DNA of 64,000 bases from the human T2T-CHM13v2.0 reference genome, Homo sapiens. The stretch is from assembly GCF_009914755.1 (NCBI RefSeq), contig NC_060929.1; one strand, 5' to 3'. Under the pieces are notes generated by a model. That model was not told the origin of the DNA, ran no database searches, and worked only from the letters and a program-made list of their open reading frames with translations. Positions within the stretch are counted from its first letter, which is position 1, and each line of letters opens with the position of its first letter. This document shows positions 40,744 through 55,724 of the stretch, in pieces. A program made the translations under genes and the position numbers.

Positions 40744-40856
40744 GTGCTTTTCAGTGGGAAGAATTGGAAGAAGATATCAGGAAGAAGTTGAAAGATTCTG
40801 GGGATGTTTCAAATGTAATCGAGAAAGTTAAATGCATTTTAAAAACACCAGGAAAG
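40744..40856 (+). CDS. RHOBTB3: RHOBTB3 exon 7 (113 nt)
   Basis: ttacag|GT; GAFQWEELEEDIRKK...KTPGK; donor AAG|gtaagt; phase 1 to 0. Confidence 0.97.
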
Positions 40857-41035
40857 GTAAGTTGATTTGTTGTAAGTTAGTTTACTTTGACCCTCTGAAT
40901 TATAACTCACATACTATGATGAATATAAAATTGAGTCGTTAGAAGAGTCAAATACTGTATAAATGTAAATGTTTTCCTTAAGTATATTTTACCATTTAAA
41001 TATTTAAAACATAAACATGGGTTATTTGTATCTTA

Positions 41036-41037
<2 letters not shown>

Positions 41038-41074
<37 letters not shown>

Positions 41075-41352
41075 ACAGAGACCTGTGTTGCCCAGGTGGG
41101 AGTGCGTTGGCATGATCTTGGCTTACTGCAGCCTCCACCTCCTGGGCTCAAGTGATATCTCCCACCTCACCCTCCCAAGGAGCTGGGACTATAGATATGC
41201 ATCACCATACCTGGCTAATTTTTAAATTTTTTGTAGAGACGTGGTTTTTCCATGTTGCCCAGGCTAGTCTCAAACTCCTGGGCTCAAGCGATCTGCCCAC
41301 CGTAGCCTCCCAAGGTGCTGGGATTACAGGCATGAGCCACCACACTCGGCCC
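41038..41352 (-). mobile_element. AluJ-like with (TG)n in place of its tail, intron 7
   Basis: (TG)n 41039-41072 then antisense Alu; TSD tatcttaga. Confidence 0.9.
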
Positions 41353-42856
41353 TATCTTAGACTTTAATTTATGTAAGAATTAAAATACATGTGAGTCATG
41401 TCTTTAAAATGCTCGTTTGCGAATTCTGCCTTCTGAAACATTCCCCTGGAGCTCTGGGAATACACAATCTATATCATGAATAAAAGGCTGTTTAATTTGT
41501 CCAGGTACAGTTAAGGTTATTAGAGAGGGTGCCTTCTCACTCCTCACAATTTAAGTCTCAAATAGTTTTTGAGAGGAAGGCAGTTTTGAATGTCCCTTTT
41601 TCAAGTGTTCTGAGAAATCTATTCAACGAGGTGGACAGTTAAGGATGATCTCATCAATTATAGGTTCAAAATTATAAATTAGATTCAAGTTTATAAAAAC
41701 AGACTTTGTATATTGCCATAGACTGGTGCACATTAAAACTCTAGTAACTTGGTATTGTGTAGTCTGTAAGGGCTTTAAAAAACATTTCAAAACTTTAAGA
41801 CATTACACAATTTAGCCAGTGTATTTTTTTGTCTGATTTTGTGATAAACAAATTGGCTGCAGTAGATAAGTAAGGTAAGTTATATGCAGTACTTAGCGGA
41901 GTAAAGGTATATATTAACTATAAGAAAAATGATGATTCCTTTAATTTTTTAATACAGATGACTTTTCTGTTTTCTAAAACCTGTTAACATTTTAAAGTTA
42001 ATGTTTTACAAAAATGAAACTGTACTAGCTTTTAGTGAAGATTCTTGATTGTTCTTTAGTTGAGAAAATAGTCTTTTTTGTAAACAAAGTAACGTGGAAT
42101 TAAGGGGTAAGATTTTTTTTTTTTTAGTAACACATTGAAGCAGGTATACAGAAGCTGTCCAGTTTTACAAGTATATGGCAGGATGGTAGCTCTTGCAGTC
42201 TAATTCAACTAAATAATCATTTGTAAAAATTTGCACATATGCCTATATTCTCGTTTTCAAAACAGTTCATCTAGTTGTCTTGATTAACTTGTTTACGGAC
42301 CAGTGAAAATGTACATCACGTACATTTGTGTTCTCTCAAACTTCTGCTCTCCCATTTTTTTCAAATTCAAAACAGAATTGATGAGGGAATCTGTTTATAG
42401 ATTCTCTCCCTCTCTCTCCAGTTCTCTCATACATTCATGTGTAATATACATCTATAAAATATTCATAATATGCAAATTCATAACCTTTATATGGCTGACA
42501 AGTACAGAAATCTTGCCTTTTCTTCTAACCCTAAACCTTTTCTTGAGTCTTGATTCGGAACACATTCCTTTGAATACTGAGAATAAAATGAATTCTTATT
42601 GGGGAAAGGGAAGGCTGGGTGATACGATTCCATGGTATTGCGCTGAATTCCCTCCTCTGCACGGGGAGAAAGAAGAGTTATTTCACACCTTCTTCCTGTG
42701 CTTTCCCAGGGTAAGGGGCTGTCTCATTTACTGAGTACCACACAGGGGTGTAACTCTGAATTGGGACTTGGGAAATGTAGATTACAATTGTGAATCTGCC
42801 ACAAATCATCTCTGTGGCTTTGAGCAAGTCAGGGCTTCCTATAAAATGAGGGGTAA

Positions 42857-43203
<347 letters not shown>

Positions 43204-44178
43204 CGGTGATGCTTTTTGACTGCTACTCTCGTTAAGCGTGGCGGTCACTTGACTCCCATGCCCGAATTCCTTCCATGTGTATGACGGTTATGTTGTGTAT
43301 AGGATCTCAGAATGACTTTATAGGACCAGGATTTGTATGATCCTGTTTTGCCTCTCTGTTTTGCTTATGGATACCATTCTGGAATGTTTTCTTCTGCCTT
43401 AGGAGGAAGAATAATATCATTTTTCCCCCCTCACCGAAGATTTTAAACTTCCCACCATAGTAGATTAGAGTAAGAAGTAGATGTCATTTATTCTTATTAC
43501 TGCTGATGTTATATGTTTATTTCTTAGGGATAAAGCTTTCAGAGTTCCCTAGCTAGGCAAGCAGAGGATTAGCATTCTGACCAGGGCTCTCAGGCTCTGA
43601 GATTCAGCAGGGGGAATGGGTGGAGACGTCAGAATTTAAAGTGAATAAAATATGATATTTCAATAAAAATCATAACTAAGTCTTTCCAAATTAGGGAACA
43701 ACATAGACTTTAGGCAAGATTGTGGTCCTAATGAATCCTAGTATTTAAAATGACTTATTATTTCATCATCATTTGGGTAACACTACCTGAAAATATTCAG
43801 GCTTGTTTTGTTTATCCACTGTAAATAGACTAAAATTTAAAAAAAAAAAAAAAAAGAGAAAGAAAGCAAAGCAAAGAAAAAAGGGTGGAGGGTATGGAAA
43901 GGGAGGCCAGCCCTTGACTTCCAGGAGGGTTGGCACACAGGGGATACCTGAAGACCACAGAAAGGATAAAGCACTGAGGTCTGAGTTAGACAGAGAGGCT
44001 GCTCCCGGAGCCACTAGCTCCAGCCAGGTGCGACAGGACAGACGAGTTATCAAGGGTGAGAGTCTCCGGAACGCCAGATCAAAAACCCAGGAAACTCTCT
44101 ATAGGTTCTAGTGGGCTCTGCTGTGAGTAGGAAGGACAATTAGGATTATAAGATTGGAGATGAAGATGGAGGTGAACC

Positions 44179-44488
<310 letters not shown>

Positions 44489-44537
44489 TTATTTTTTTAA
44501 CTGTTCACTCCTTTAAGAGAAAATGTTAAGCTAGTAA

Positions 44538-44871
<334 letters not shown>

Positions 44872-45286
44872 AAAAAATGTATTTTTCTTAATTACAAATC
44901 AAGGACTGTCTTAATGAACAAATTAGGTTGTACATGTAAACATATTTTAGTAGGCATTTGTATGGAGTTGGACTACTGTTGTCTGTTTCTCAACAAAGAC
45001 TCATAGGGTTTCAGGACCTTGCAGCTTCTCAGCAATGGAGCTGAGTTTTCACTTAGGCAATTTGTTTACTGCTGTGAATGCCAAAGAGAGCAGTGTTGTT
45101 CACTGACAGGCAGCCCATACAGTTCTTAAAGGTAAGTTCCTTTGAAACCTGTGATCAGAGATGTCATAGAGTAGGGAATCATATTTCTTTTGAGATTTAG
45201 CATAATTTTCCAAATTCCTAGCCTAGCCTATATGTTATCAAAGCATGTTAAACAACCTTTCCCTGTATTTTTGTTTTCCCTTATAG

Positions 45287-45407
45287 ATTAATTGCCTAAG
45301 GAATTGCAAAACCTATCAAGCCAGAAAACCTTTGTGGTTTTATAACACTTCCCTCAAGTTTTTCCTTAATAAGCCGATGCTTGCCGATGTTGTCTTCGAA
45401 ATTCAAG
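45287..45407 (+). CDS. RHOBTB3: RHOBTB3 exon 8 (121 nt)
   Basis: cttatag|ATT; INCLRNCKTY...MLADVVFEIQ; donor G|gtacgg; phase 0 to 1. Confidence 0.97.
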
Positions 45408-46090
45408 GTACGGATCAACTTTTACAAAGTTTATGATTCATTTTTATTTCTTGTTTTCTTTCCTTGCTTTCTACTTCAGGTTTGAATGTTTGGTGTGAAG
45501 GAATGATTATTCCCTACTGAGGTATGTAGATTAATACTACCTTAATGTCAACAAAATCTTCCAGGTAAATAGGAAGTATTTTATTAAAATGATAAAATAA
45601 ATTTATATTTCCCTTAGTATTTTTTCCTTTGCCATATGCTTCATCAACTTTTAGGGCCTAGCAAGGGATGGGGTGATCTATAATATTTTATTATATATTT
45701 TTGTGTGTATTTCTTTAAGATCCTAGTGTTTGCTGCATCTGGAGCTAACCCCCTTAAAATTATTTTATCTCTAGCTTATTTTATCCAGCTCTCTTCCTTT
45801 TTATTTGAGCAAAAGGAATTGACCATTATTTTATTCAGCTGTCTTCTGTTTCTTTTGAGCAAAAGGACTGAGGGTTATGCCTGGCCCACCTCAGGCACCC
45901 ATAGATATTGCTACATTTATTCCTCCTAGCACTCTGAGAATTTTATCACCAGAGCAACTGAGAGCTGCTGCTTATCTCTCTAAGAAAGTAAGACTACCTA
46001 ATTTTAATGAAGATGAGCTGTTTGAGTGCCCATTATTGATCACTGGCTTGGATAATTTTGTCACTTTAGTAGATTAAGATCTAAAGAATG

Positions 46091-48425
46091 TGGTGGGAGC
46101 TGCCAGCACACAAGGTGCCACCAGGTGGGGGAGAGGCGGAGGGAGGGGACGTGGCTCATCGCCATGTGCGTCTTGCATTCTGTCCCTCACTGGCCGCTGA
46201 CCTGCCTGACTGCACAAGCTCTGCCGCTGCCCCATAGAAATACTTGGATTACCCAGTCTTTCCGCAGACGAGACCAGGTTACTGGGATCCTCATCTCACT
46301 TGGGCTTATGCCAAACATGTAAAATTTGGTGCAGGTGCCTGAGCCTTAATTCTTCAAGGTGTCGACCTTTTAGCCGATGCCGTAGCTGCTACAGTGGGGC
46401 CGAAGGGAAGAACTGTGATTATTGAATGAAGCTAGGGAAGTCCCAGAGTAACAAAAGATGGTGTGACTGTTACAAAGTCAATTGGCTTCAAGGATAAATG
46501 TAAAAATATTGGAGCTAAGCTTGTTGCCAGTAACACTAAGATGTTGCCAGTAACACAAATGAAGAGGCTGGGGATGGCACCACCACTGCTACTGTACTTG
46601 CACTCCCTATGGTCAAGAAAGTCTTCGAGAAGATTACCAGAGGTGCTAATCCAGTGAAAATCAGGAAAGGTATGATGTTAGCTATTGATGCTCTAATTGC
46701 TGAACTTAAGAAGCAGTCCAAACCTATGACAACTCTTGAAGAAATTATTCAGTTTGCTATAATTTCTGCAAATAGAGACAAATCAGCAACATCATTTCTG
46801 AAGCAGTGAAAAGGGTTGTCATCACAGTAAACGGTGGAAAAACACTGAATGGTGCGTTAGAATCACCAGATCTAATTTTTGTGTACCTTATTAATACATC
46901 AAAATTTTTGCATATCTTATTAATGTATCGAATAATTAGGCTAAATTTTTGCATAACTTATTGATACATCAGAAGGTCAACAACATGAATTCAAGGATGC
47001 CTATGTTCTGTTGAGTGAAACAGAAATGTCTAGTGCCCAGTCTATTGTACCTACTCTTGAAATTGCCAGTGCTCAGTATACACCTTTGGTTGTCATTGCT
47101 GAAGATGTTGATGGAGAAGCTCTATGAACCTTCCTTTTGAATAGGCTAAAAGCTGGTCCTCAGGTTATAGCAGTAAAAGCTCCAGGTTTGTTGACAATAG
47201 AAAGAACCAGCTTAAAGATATGGCTCTTGCTGTTGGTGGTGCAGTGTTTGGAGAAGGGGGTAGGCCTCATAACACAGGAAAAGTTGGAGAGGTCATTGGG
47301 ACCAAAGGTGATGCTATGCTCTTTAAAGGAAATGGTGACAAGTCTTGAATTGAAAATTGTATTCAAGAAATCATTGAGCAGTTAGATATCACAGCTAGTG
47401 AATATGAAAAGGGAAAAGTGAATGAATGGCAAAACTTTAAAATGGAGTAGCTGTGCTGAAGGTTGGTGTAACAAGTGATGTCAAAACTAATGAAAAGAAA
47501 GACAGAGTTACAGATGCCCTTAATGCTATAAGAGCTGCTACTGAAGAAGACATCATTCTGGGATGGGGTTGTGCCTTGCTTCAGTTCATTCCAGCCTTGG
47601 ACTCATTAACTCCAACTAATAAAAATAAAAAATTGGTATAGAAATTATTAAAAGAATATTCAACATTCTGGCAGTGACCACTGCTAAGAATGCAGGTGTT
47701 GAAGGATCTTTGGTAGTTACAACAATTGTGCAGCGTTCCTCAGAAGTTGGTTATGAGCTATGGTTGGGGGTTTTGTGAATATGGTGGAAGAGGAATCATT
47801 GGCCCAACGAAGGATGTGAGAACTGCTTTATTAGATGCTGCTTGGGTGGCTTCTCCATTAATTACAGCAGAAGTCACAGAAATTCCTAAAGAAGAGAAGG
47901 ACCCTGGAATGGGTGCGGTAGGTGGGATGGGAGGTGGCATTTCTGATTCCTAGAATAGGGCTTGACATTTATTAATGAACGGTGATAGGAAGCTCAAGGC
48001 AGTATTTCTCACCAGTAACTACAGAGAAGTCATTTGAAGAAAATGACTGAAGAAAATGCTGGGTGATGTTTTTAAAAAATCACTACAACCATCAGTTACT
48101 GATTTCAGCTGACAATAAATAGCAGTTTACTGCTGTCATTGTCCATGCCTACAAATAATTTGTTTTGTATTTTTGAAAAAAAAAAACATTTTTACATTCC
48201 TGATACTGGGTGAAAGAGCCACGTACCCATGTACTGCTTTAAGCTTAAATCACTGAGGCATTTTTACTACTATGCTGTTAAAGTCAGGATTTTAGTGCTT
48301 GCTAACAGCAGATGAGAAGTTAAGAAGCAGCTTTTCTGTGGAGAGTAAGAATAATTGTGTACAAAGTAGAGGAATACCCAATTATGTGACAACCTTTATG
48401 TAATACAGATTTGTTTAAAGTTAAA
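46091..48425 (+). pseudogene. HSPD1P11: Processed pseudogene of HSPD1 (mitochondrial HSP60) in intron 8, probably HSPD1P11
   Basis: Intronless chaperonin sequence ([20 protein letters not shown]-terminal GGM repeats); start ATG>ATA at 46240; stops and frameshifts; 3'UTR with decayed poly(A) signal AATACA 48402; TSD AAAGAATG at 46083-46090 and 48426-48433. The P11 number is from recall. Confidence 0.93.
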
Positions 48426-51400
48426 AAAGAATGAATTGTCAGATACCTTCAGTTAGGCAAGAAAGATCGAAGGAGCTGTTTTCCAGTGAAAATCTGAGTA
48501 GAACTTTAGATGGGCAATTACTAAAAGGAAGATATAATCTAATTTAATAGTAGAATTGTGTAGCAGCGAACAATAGTCATTTACTTTTAAAAATATTTCC
48601 TCAGAAAGATGCACATTACTTTTAACTTTGGTCATCTGCCAAGACAGGGAAATGGAAACTTTCCAATGTACCTTCCGACAAGCCACGGCCAGCCCTGTGT
48701 GCAGTGTGAGCCTGGGACGCTGAAAGTAGGGCAGCAAGAGTGACCTTGAGATACAGAAAAACAACTGGGAAAAAAGCTAACAAGAGGACACAGACTTTAT
48801 ATCATGCTTTCGTCATTTTAGAGAGACCTATAACTGGCTCTAAGCCCCTTATATGATCACACCTTGATTTATTTGTTGCCTAAATAAAGATCCAAAGTGT
48901 CTATCTAAAGACAACTTTCATAAATTACTCATTATAGGTAGGACACGCCTAGTCAGGGATAAAGCTCCTGGTGATTACAGAATTCTCTCATTAGCTTCTA
49001 GGAGAAAACTGTCTGTTGATGAAGACATTTACTAAAAGTGTTTGGTACGCTCTATCCATACCAGAGAAACACAGGAATAGATAATTTTGTACAATCATCT
49101 AAGAAGCTTCTCATTTCAACAGAAAAGACTACATCCATTGTTAAGAAGAAATATGATTGGTAAATTAAAAAATATTTCCACCTTTCTAAAATTAGCTTTT
49201 AAAAAAAAAAGTCTAGTTTATGGAGATCGAATCAGTTTCTGCATTCTGAAAGAAGGAGAATGATGCCGCTGGAGATGGCTGAATGCTGTCTTCCAGATGA
49301 CTTCCTGGCACTGGGGTCACCTGTGATTTAGGGTTGATTGGACTCACACTGAGCAGACTCTGCAAGATGGAGATAAGGTGGGGGCAAACCATTCCAGTGA
49401 CCATTATAACAACCTAGGGCACTGCTTTTCATAACCAGAAAAAGAATTGGTAATCTGAACGTTATATGGTGAACATATGAGAGTAGTGTCTAGTGGTGTT
49501 TGATCCAGGGCCTGGTGAGTTCTGGTAGATGTCTTCCGTCCTATAACATAGTGTTGTATTAACCAGACCAAGCATCTCTGATCTTCCTGGATGTTCTAGC
49601 TACTGGTTCCATGGCCAGGGCTGACCAGTCTCTTAACATTTGCACAGTATTTGATACAAATTAGGTACAGCATACTCGATTAGGTATTTACTTCCTAGGT
49701 CATGAGTATGTTTTAGACCTTTGTCTGCTCTTTTTTTTTAACCTAGGTCCTCTTGATTGGAGTTTCGGATGTTCCCAAACCCCTCAGTCATCCCCTAAGA
49801 CTCTGGAATTTTGGGTTATTCTCTAAATGACTAATCTCATTCTTTGTGTGTGTGCTTTAGAAGTTTAACTGTGAGAAGGAAGGCATAATTCCTGGTCGCA
49901 GGAGGAAACTTAAAATTTCCACTAATAAAGGATCTATGTTGTTACATTGCTGTGTCTCCTACAGTCCCTAGAACTGTGACTTGCCTTTAATAAATGGCTA
50001 TTGGTAGTAAGATTAATCATCCTAAACTTGGGAATCCACCACTGAAGCATAAATGTGCTTGAAGAAGACTTTGCCTTGTAATAAACTTGTGAAATGAAAG
50101 AGGGTCCATCTCTTTGCCAGCGATGTTCATTTTGCAGCATAGTTTGAGAGCAATCTTTTTCAAGTAAATTGAATATGAATGCCTGGCCCCATCATACATT
50201 AATGAATTAGGGGTTGTCTCCCATCCCCACCTTTTCTCTTTTGCTGTGTTATAAAATAGCTACCAAATTTGCTTATAATTTGCATAGGAGGCATTGGTAT
50301 CAAACATTATGTTAGCATAACTCACTGAAAAGATTTTCGAAGGGAATATGTAGCACATGAAAATATATGTCATATTAAAAAAGAGAGATAAGCAGTGATG
50401 TGGTGAATCCTTGCTCCTCCTAATGGCGCGCTTTTCTTCCATGATTCTACCTACTGTAGGCACCTGCTCCCCTTTCACCCTTTATGCAGGGCTGGGGTCA
50501 GGAAGGGCTGGCTGGATGTCTGTGCTGATGATGTGCAGCAACTGCTGTGGTGCTCTTCATTGCTTCCCTAGCTCTAAAACCAAGTCTTCTTAGGAGTCAG
50601 AAGCAAGGAACAGCAGGAATGGTGGAGGCAGGATCTGGGAGCAGCTTCTCTAAGGCCAGCTATAGGCAAGGCACACCAGCTCCTGAGAGTTGGGGAGGGG
50701 AGCTGTAGGCAGCAGCAGCAGTGTCATTTCCTCAGGATGGGCCCCAGTTCCAGCCTTGGCTTTGCGTCCTGACCAGTGTGTCTGTGGGCAAGTCACCTGA
50801 CATTTCTTGTCTTCAAGTCTCATTTGTGAAGTGAAGAGGGTGACGAACCACACAGATAACAAGAGGTTCTTTTTAGTGTTAAGAGTTATGTAACTAATAG
50901 CCATCCCTCTTTGATTCTTCTTGCACTACTTGCAGGGTAGCAGTGAGAAAACTAAGAAGAAATTTTGAGTTAGAAGTTGAGTGAATTCTTGTTCCTTTCA
51001 TGGCTAAAATATGTGACCACCAGCCCACTGAATGAAATGGAGCGTGTTTGAATTTGCCTCACTGTGGTCACTCTGGAAGCAGGCTCAGCTTACCAGGGCC
51101 ATTTCTCTGATGTACCTTTGGAATTCTTCCAAAATGTATAGGGAGAAGTAGAAAAACCAGAGGCATTCTGAGTGAGGAAATAAGCAGATGACTCAGCAAA
51201 TCACCAATCTACTTCATCTCCTTGAATAGCAAATAGTTGAATTTCATGAAGAAACTTTAATTTTTTCTGATTATGAAAGTCATATACAATTGTTTTAACC
51301 AAGTGTGCACAGAATGATCACACTTATAGAAAATGTCTGTTTTGTTCATAAGTGAATTAAAAAGGTCAGGAAAGATATATTCCATATTATGAACATTTTT

Positions 51401-52451
51401 TTTAGAAAATGAAATGGGCATGATGATTAGAAAAATGTTGTAAGTGCTCATTGTAGGACAGTCAGATAATATATAAAGATGCAAAAAATAAAAAATAAAA
51501 ATCACCCATAATCCTATGCCCTAATAACAATCACAGTTTGATTTTGGCATAATTTCCCTCAAGTCAGTTTTCCTCTGCTTAGAAAAAGGGGTTGGGAAAA
51601 TAGATACTGTCTACTCAATTGTGTGTCTTTTATTTTTAAACTTATGTCTTAAGCACTTTACACTGGATTAGAATCCCCTTGTTAACATTTTTAATGTCAT
51701 TATATGGCTATATCCTATTTTCTTACTGTAGGTGTAAATTTAGGTATCTCCTTTATTTTCATTATTAGAAATAACAGCTGCATTGAAGATTTAATGTAAA
51801 TATCTCACTCTGAAATTAGCATTATGTCCTTGGAATAGATTCCTTGTCAAAGAATAGGAACATCTGTAAGACATCATAAATGCTATGAAATTGTATATGT
51901 CCAGAAACATTGTACTAATTTACATTCCCATTGGCAGTGTATGAAAGTGCTTGTTTTCATACAAACAAATCCTTGTCAGCATTAAGTATGCTTATATCTT
52001 AATTTTTCTTGCAAATTTGATACAACTGTATGTTTTTAATGTTCTAGTCTAGAATCAAGAAGTTCAGACTGTGAAAATCAAAATCCAAATCTCTTCTGAT
52101 CCATTGAATCTTTTAGTATTGAGACATTTGTATTACATATATATATATATGATAGCATTGACTCTGGCAGCAACTCTGCTAGAGATTATATATGTAAATC
52201 TCAAGTCTTGAAACAGTGTTGTATTTTGGTATTGGTATTCACAGCCCTACTTGCCACATGATGGTAGAGCAGAGATTTGCACTTTAACTCAAAGGCGAGT
52301 GTGAGAGTGCTTAAAACACCTGGTTAGTGCACCTAGAAAAATTAGATTGATTTCAGAATGGCACAATCATAACTGTGGCTCTATTTAAAGTCAAATTGCA
52401 TTCTCTCATGTATCCTATTTTACATTCTTGTCATTATCTGAAAACTTATAA

Positions 52452-52809
52452 AGGTTAAGTACCCTTAATCTAAAAACCCAAAATCCAAAATGCCCTAAAA
52501 TCCACGATTTTTTGAGTGCTGATGTGGTGCTCAAAGAAAATGCTTATTGGAGCATTTTGGATTTTGGATTTTTGGATTAGAGTTGCTAAACTATTAAGGA
52601 GATTAGAGATCCTAAACTATTAAGAATGTGTGTGTATATATATATGTGTATATATATATATATACACATATATATACTATTAAACATTCTTAATAATATA
52701 TGTATATACATATCTCTCTCTTTCTCTCAAATATTCCAAAATCTAAAAAAAATGGAAATGTTGAAACATTTCTGGTCCCAAGCATTTCAGATAAGGGCTA
52801 CTCAACCTG
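52452..52809. mobile_element. Tigger4a/MER46-like with internal (TA/TG)n expansion
   Basis: Terminal inverted repeats aggttaagtaccctt / aagggctactcaacctg; ctaaactattaag duplicated internally. Confidence 0.75.
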
Positions 52810-53353
52810 TGCCAGGCATGAAGGTTTGCTTTTTAGATCATGTTAATGCCTCTCAGTGTGACAGCCTTTGGGCTCTATGGTTTTGAATTGTAGCTAAATT
52901 ATTAACAGACAGCTAAATTTTAATGTCACTCTGAAAAATGAATGTCTAATTTTGGGGGCTGTAAATGGGAATAGCAATTGGAAGTGTGAAAGTACTTCTC
53001 ACCTTGTCATTGATGTGTAATTTAAATGTTTTACACCAAACCAAAAAAAAAATTGGGAAGGAAAATATTTTTATATTTTAAATTTATGTCAAACTTAAGA
53101 CAGACCCTCAAAGTAAGGATCAGTAATCAGTCTCAAATCTTAATTATAAACTTTTTTTAAGTTACAGTGAAGTCTTAAGATAAACTTACAATTTTTTTCT
53201 ATACACTTAAAATATTTATGATGCAAAATACACACTTCAAAAGATTCATAGTTGTGAAATAATTCACATTGGAATGTAACTTTGATATTATCAATACAAA
53301 TTTATGGGAAGTAATTGGAATAATAATTTAAAAATTAGATGATTATCCATCTA

Positions 53354-53689
<336 letters not shown>

Positions 53690-55076
53690 ATGTAATTTAT
53701 TTTATAATTATATTTTGTAATTATTTCACGCAATAATAATAAATTTGAAGTGACATGTAATAAGTCTTTGGCTTCTTTACTCCAGTTTTGAGCGTGAATA
53801 TTAACCTCATGAGCGGTTTAAGGAAAACTAAATGAGAATGGAATCTATGGAACAATTTAGACCAGAACTGATATACTGAGGCACCTTGATGAGGTGGTAG
53901 TGCCATGGGTCAGAAAGGCCTGGTTAAGATCTTTGCTTGGATGCATACTTACTATGTAGGTTTGGCTATGTTACTTTACATTTCTGGTTCTTTTGGTTTT
54001 TTGCCTATAAAATAGGGATACTAATTCCGACTTTGTGATGTGGTCACGGGGGTTGAGATAGTGCATACAAAGGACTAGCAGAGGCTTCACCTGCAGACTC
54101 CACTCCTCTTCACCTGCAGTGGCAGCTAGTACTGGTGGATCGCTGTACTTTTTCCTGCTGAACCCACGTTCGCAGTCAATCTTTCCTTTAAAGTGTCCCA
54201 GGCCTTCCCCCAAAACTGGCTGGAATTAGCCTAGGATAGAAAATGGGATACCATCCCCTGTAATAGGTGATCCTCAAATATATATATTTTCTCTACCACT
54301 CCCAATTTGTTGTTTTGGCGTGTAAAAAAAAATTACTATAGCAGTTCTAAAGTCAGTCTTGGTAAATATTTAGAGAGGTACGGATGTCCTTTTGATATGA
54401 GTCTGTCACATGAAGAGTTCTTTAGAAAATTACATTCCCTTCTGGTTTACTTAGCTAGTACATATTTTGGATCTCTCTTGAGCTAGGTAGGTATCCTTTT
54501 TTAGGAATGAAACCAAAAACAGTTCTAAAAATTTCACTTTTGAAACCTGGAAAATAGTATGAAGAAAGTGTGACAAATGTATTTTATTTTAGTAAACAGT
54601 CAAAGATTCTTGATAATCTATGTAAAGTGACTAGAAAACTTGGGCTTTTCATTTTTGTTTCACTCTTGTAGTTCTTTTCCTTAGAAAAAAATTCTTAAAA
54701 TTGTAACATCAAATGAATACTACAAAGAAAAGATAGTTTGGCCTTGACAGTTTCAAGGAACATGATTATCTTTTAACTAGAAAATGCTATCTTCCATTTC
54801 CTTAAGTAATTTCTTTACCTGTATCCTATTGCCAGTTAGTACGTAAACCATAAACCGCATTATGTTCCTTCAGCATATTTTTATATACAGTGTTGAAAGA
54901 TCTAACCATACTAAGGTATTGTATTACAGTTTCACAACAGAACAATTTATAACATCAAAACAGTAGTTTAAAGAGGTGAAAAACTGAAGTTGATGTTTTC
55001 TTAACAGGAAGCGTAATGGTTTTCCAAACTAAATTCCAACCTTGAAATAGGCTTAAAAATGCTTTAAGGTACAGTT

Positions 55077-55374
55077 GGCTGGGTGCAGTGGCTCACGCCT
55101 GTAATGCCGGCACTTTGAGAGGCTGAGGTGGGAGCATCACGTGAAGCCAGGAGTTCAAGACCAGCCTGGCCAACACAGCAAAACCCTGTCCCTAGTAAAA
55201 ATACCAAAAAAGTTAGCCAGGCATGGTAGCGCATGCCTCTAATCTCAGCTACTCGGGAGGCTGAGGCACGAGAATCATTTGAACCTGGGAGGCGGAGGTT
55301 GTGGTGAGTGAGACTGTGCTACCGTACTCCAGCCTGGACGACAAAGCAAGACTCTATCTCAAAAAAAAAAAAAA
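55077..55374 (+). mobile_element. Alu inserted at the left end of MER2
   Basis: TSD aaggtacagtt / aaagtacagtt. Confidence 0.92.
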
Positions 55375-55377
55375 GTA

Positions 55378-55724
55378 CAGTTGTTCCTTAATGTCCATAG
55401 GAGATTGGTTCCAAGGACCTCCTGCAGATACCCAGATCCGCTACGCTCAAGTTCGTGATATTAAATGGCTTAGTATTTGCATGTAACCTATGAGTATCCT
55501 CCTGCATACTGAAAATCATCTCTAGATTACTTACAATACCTAATACAATGTAAATGTTATATAAATAGTTGTTATACTGTATTGTTTAGGGAATAATGAC
55601 AATTTTTTAAAAACTTTGTATATGTTCAATACAGTTGCAGGGTTTTTTTTTTTTTCTGAATATTTTCCACTCTCTGTTGGTTCGATCTGTGGATGTGGAA
55701 CCCATGGATTCGGAGAGCTAACTG
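55378..55724. mobile_element. MER2 (TcMar-Tigger)
   Basis: ta|cagttg...aactg|ta termini; internal match to recalled MER2. Confidence 0.85.

Noticed and set aside
40744-40749. Regenerated donor at the exon 6/7 junction (CAG|GTGCTT)
   Set aside because: Poor match at +4 and +5, and loss of exon 7 would frameshift; much weaker than the exon 8/9 case.
46874-46970. Spaced 27-bp repeats resembling a CRISPR array
   Set aside because: Spacers are only 2 and 14 nt, the repeats derive from HSPD1 coding sequence, the context is primate and there are no cas genes.
46463-47953. HSP60-like ORF fragments
   Set aside because: Pieces of a pseudogene with a lost start codon, stops, deletions and frameshifts.
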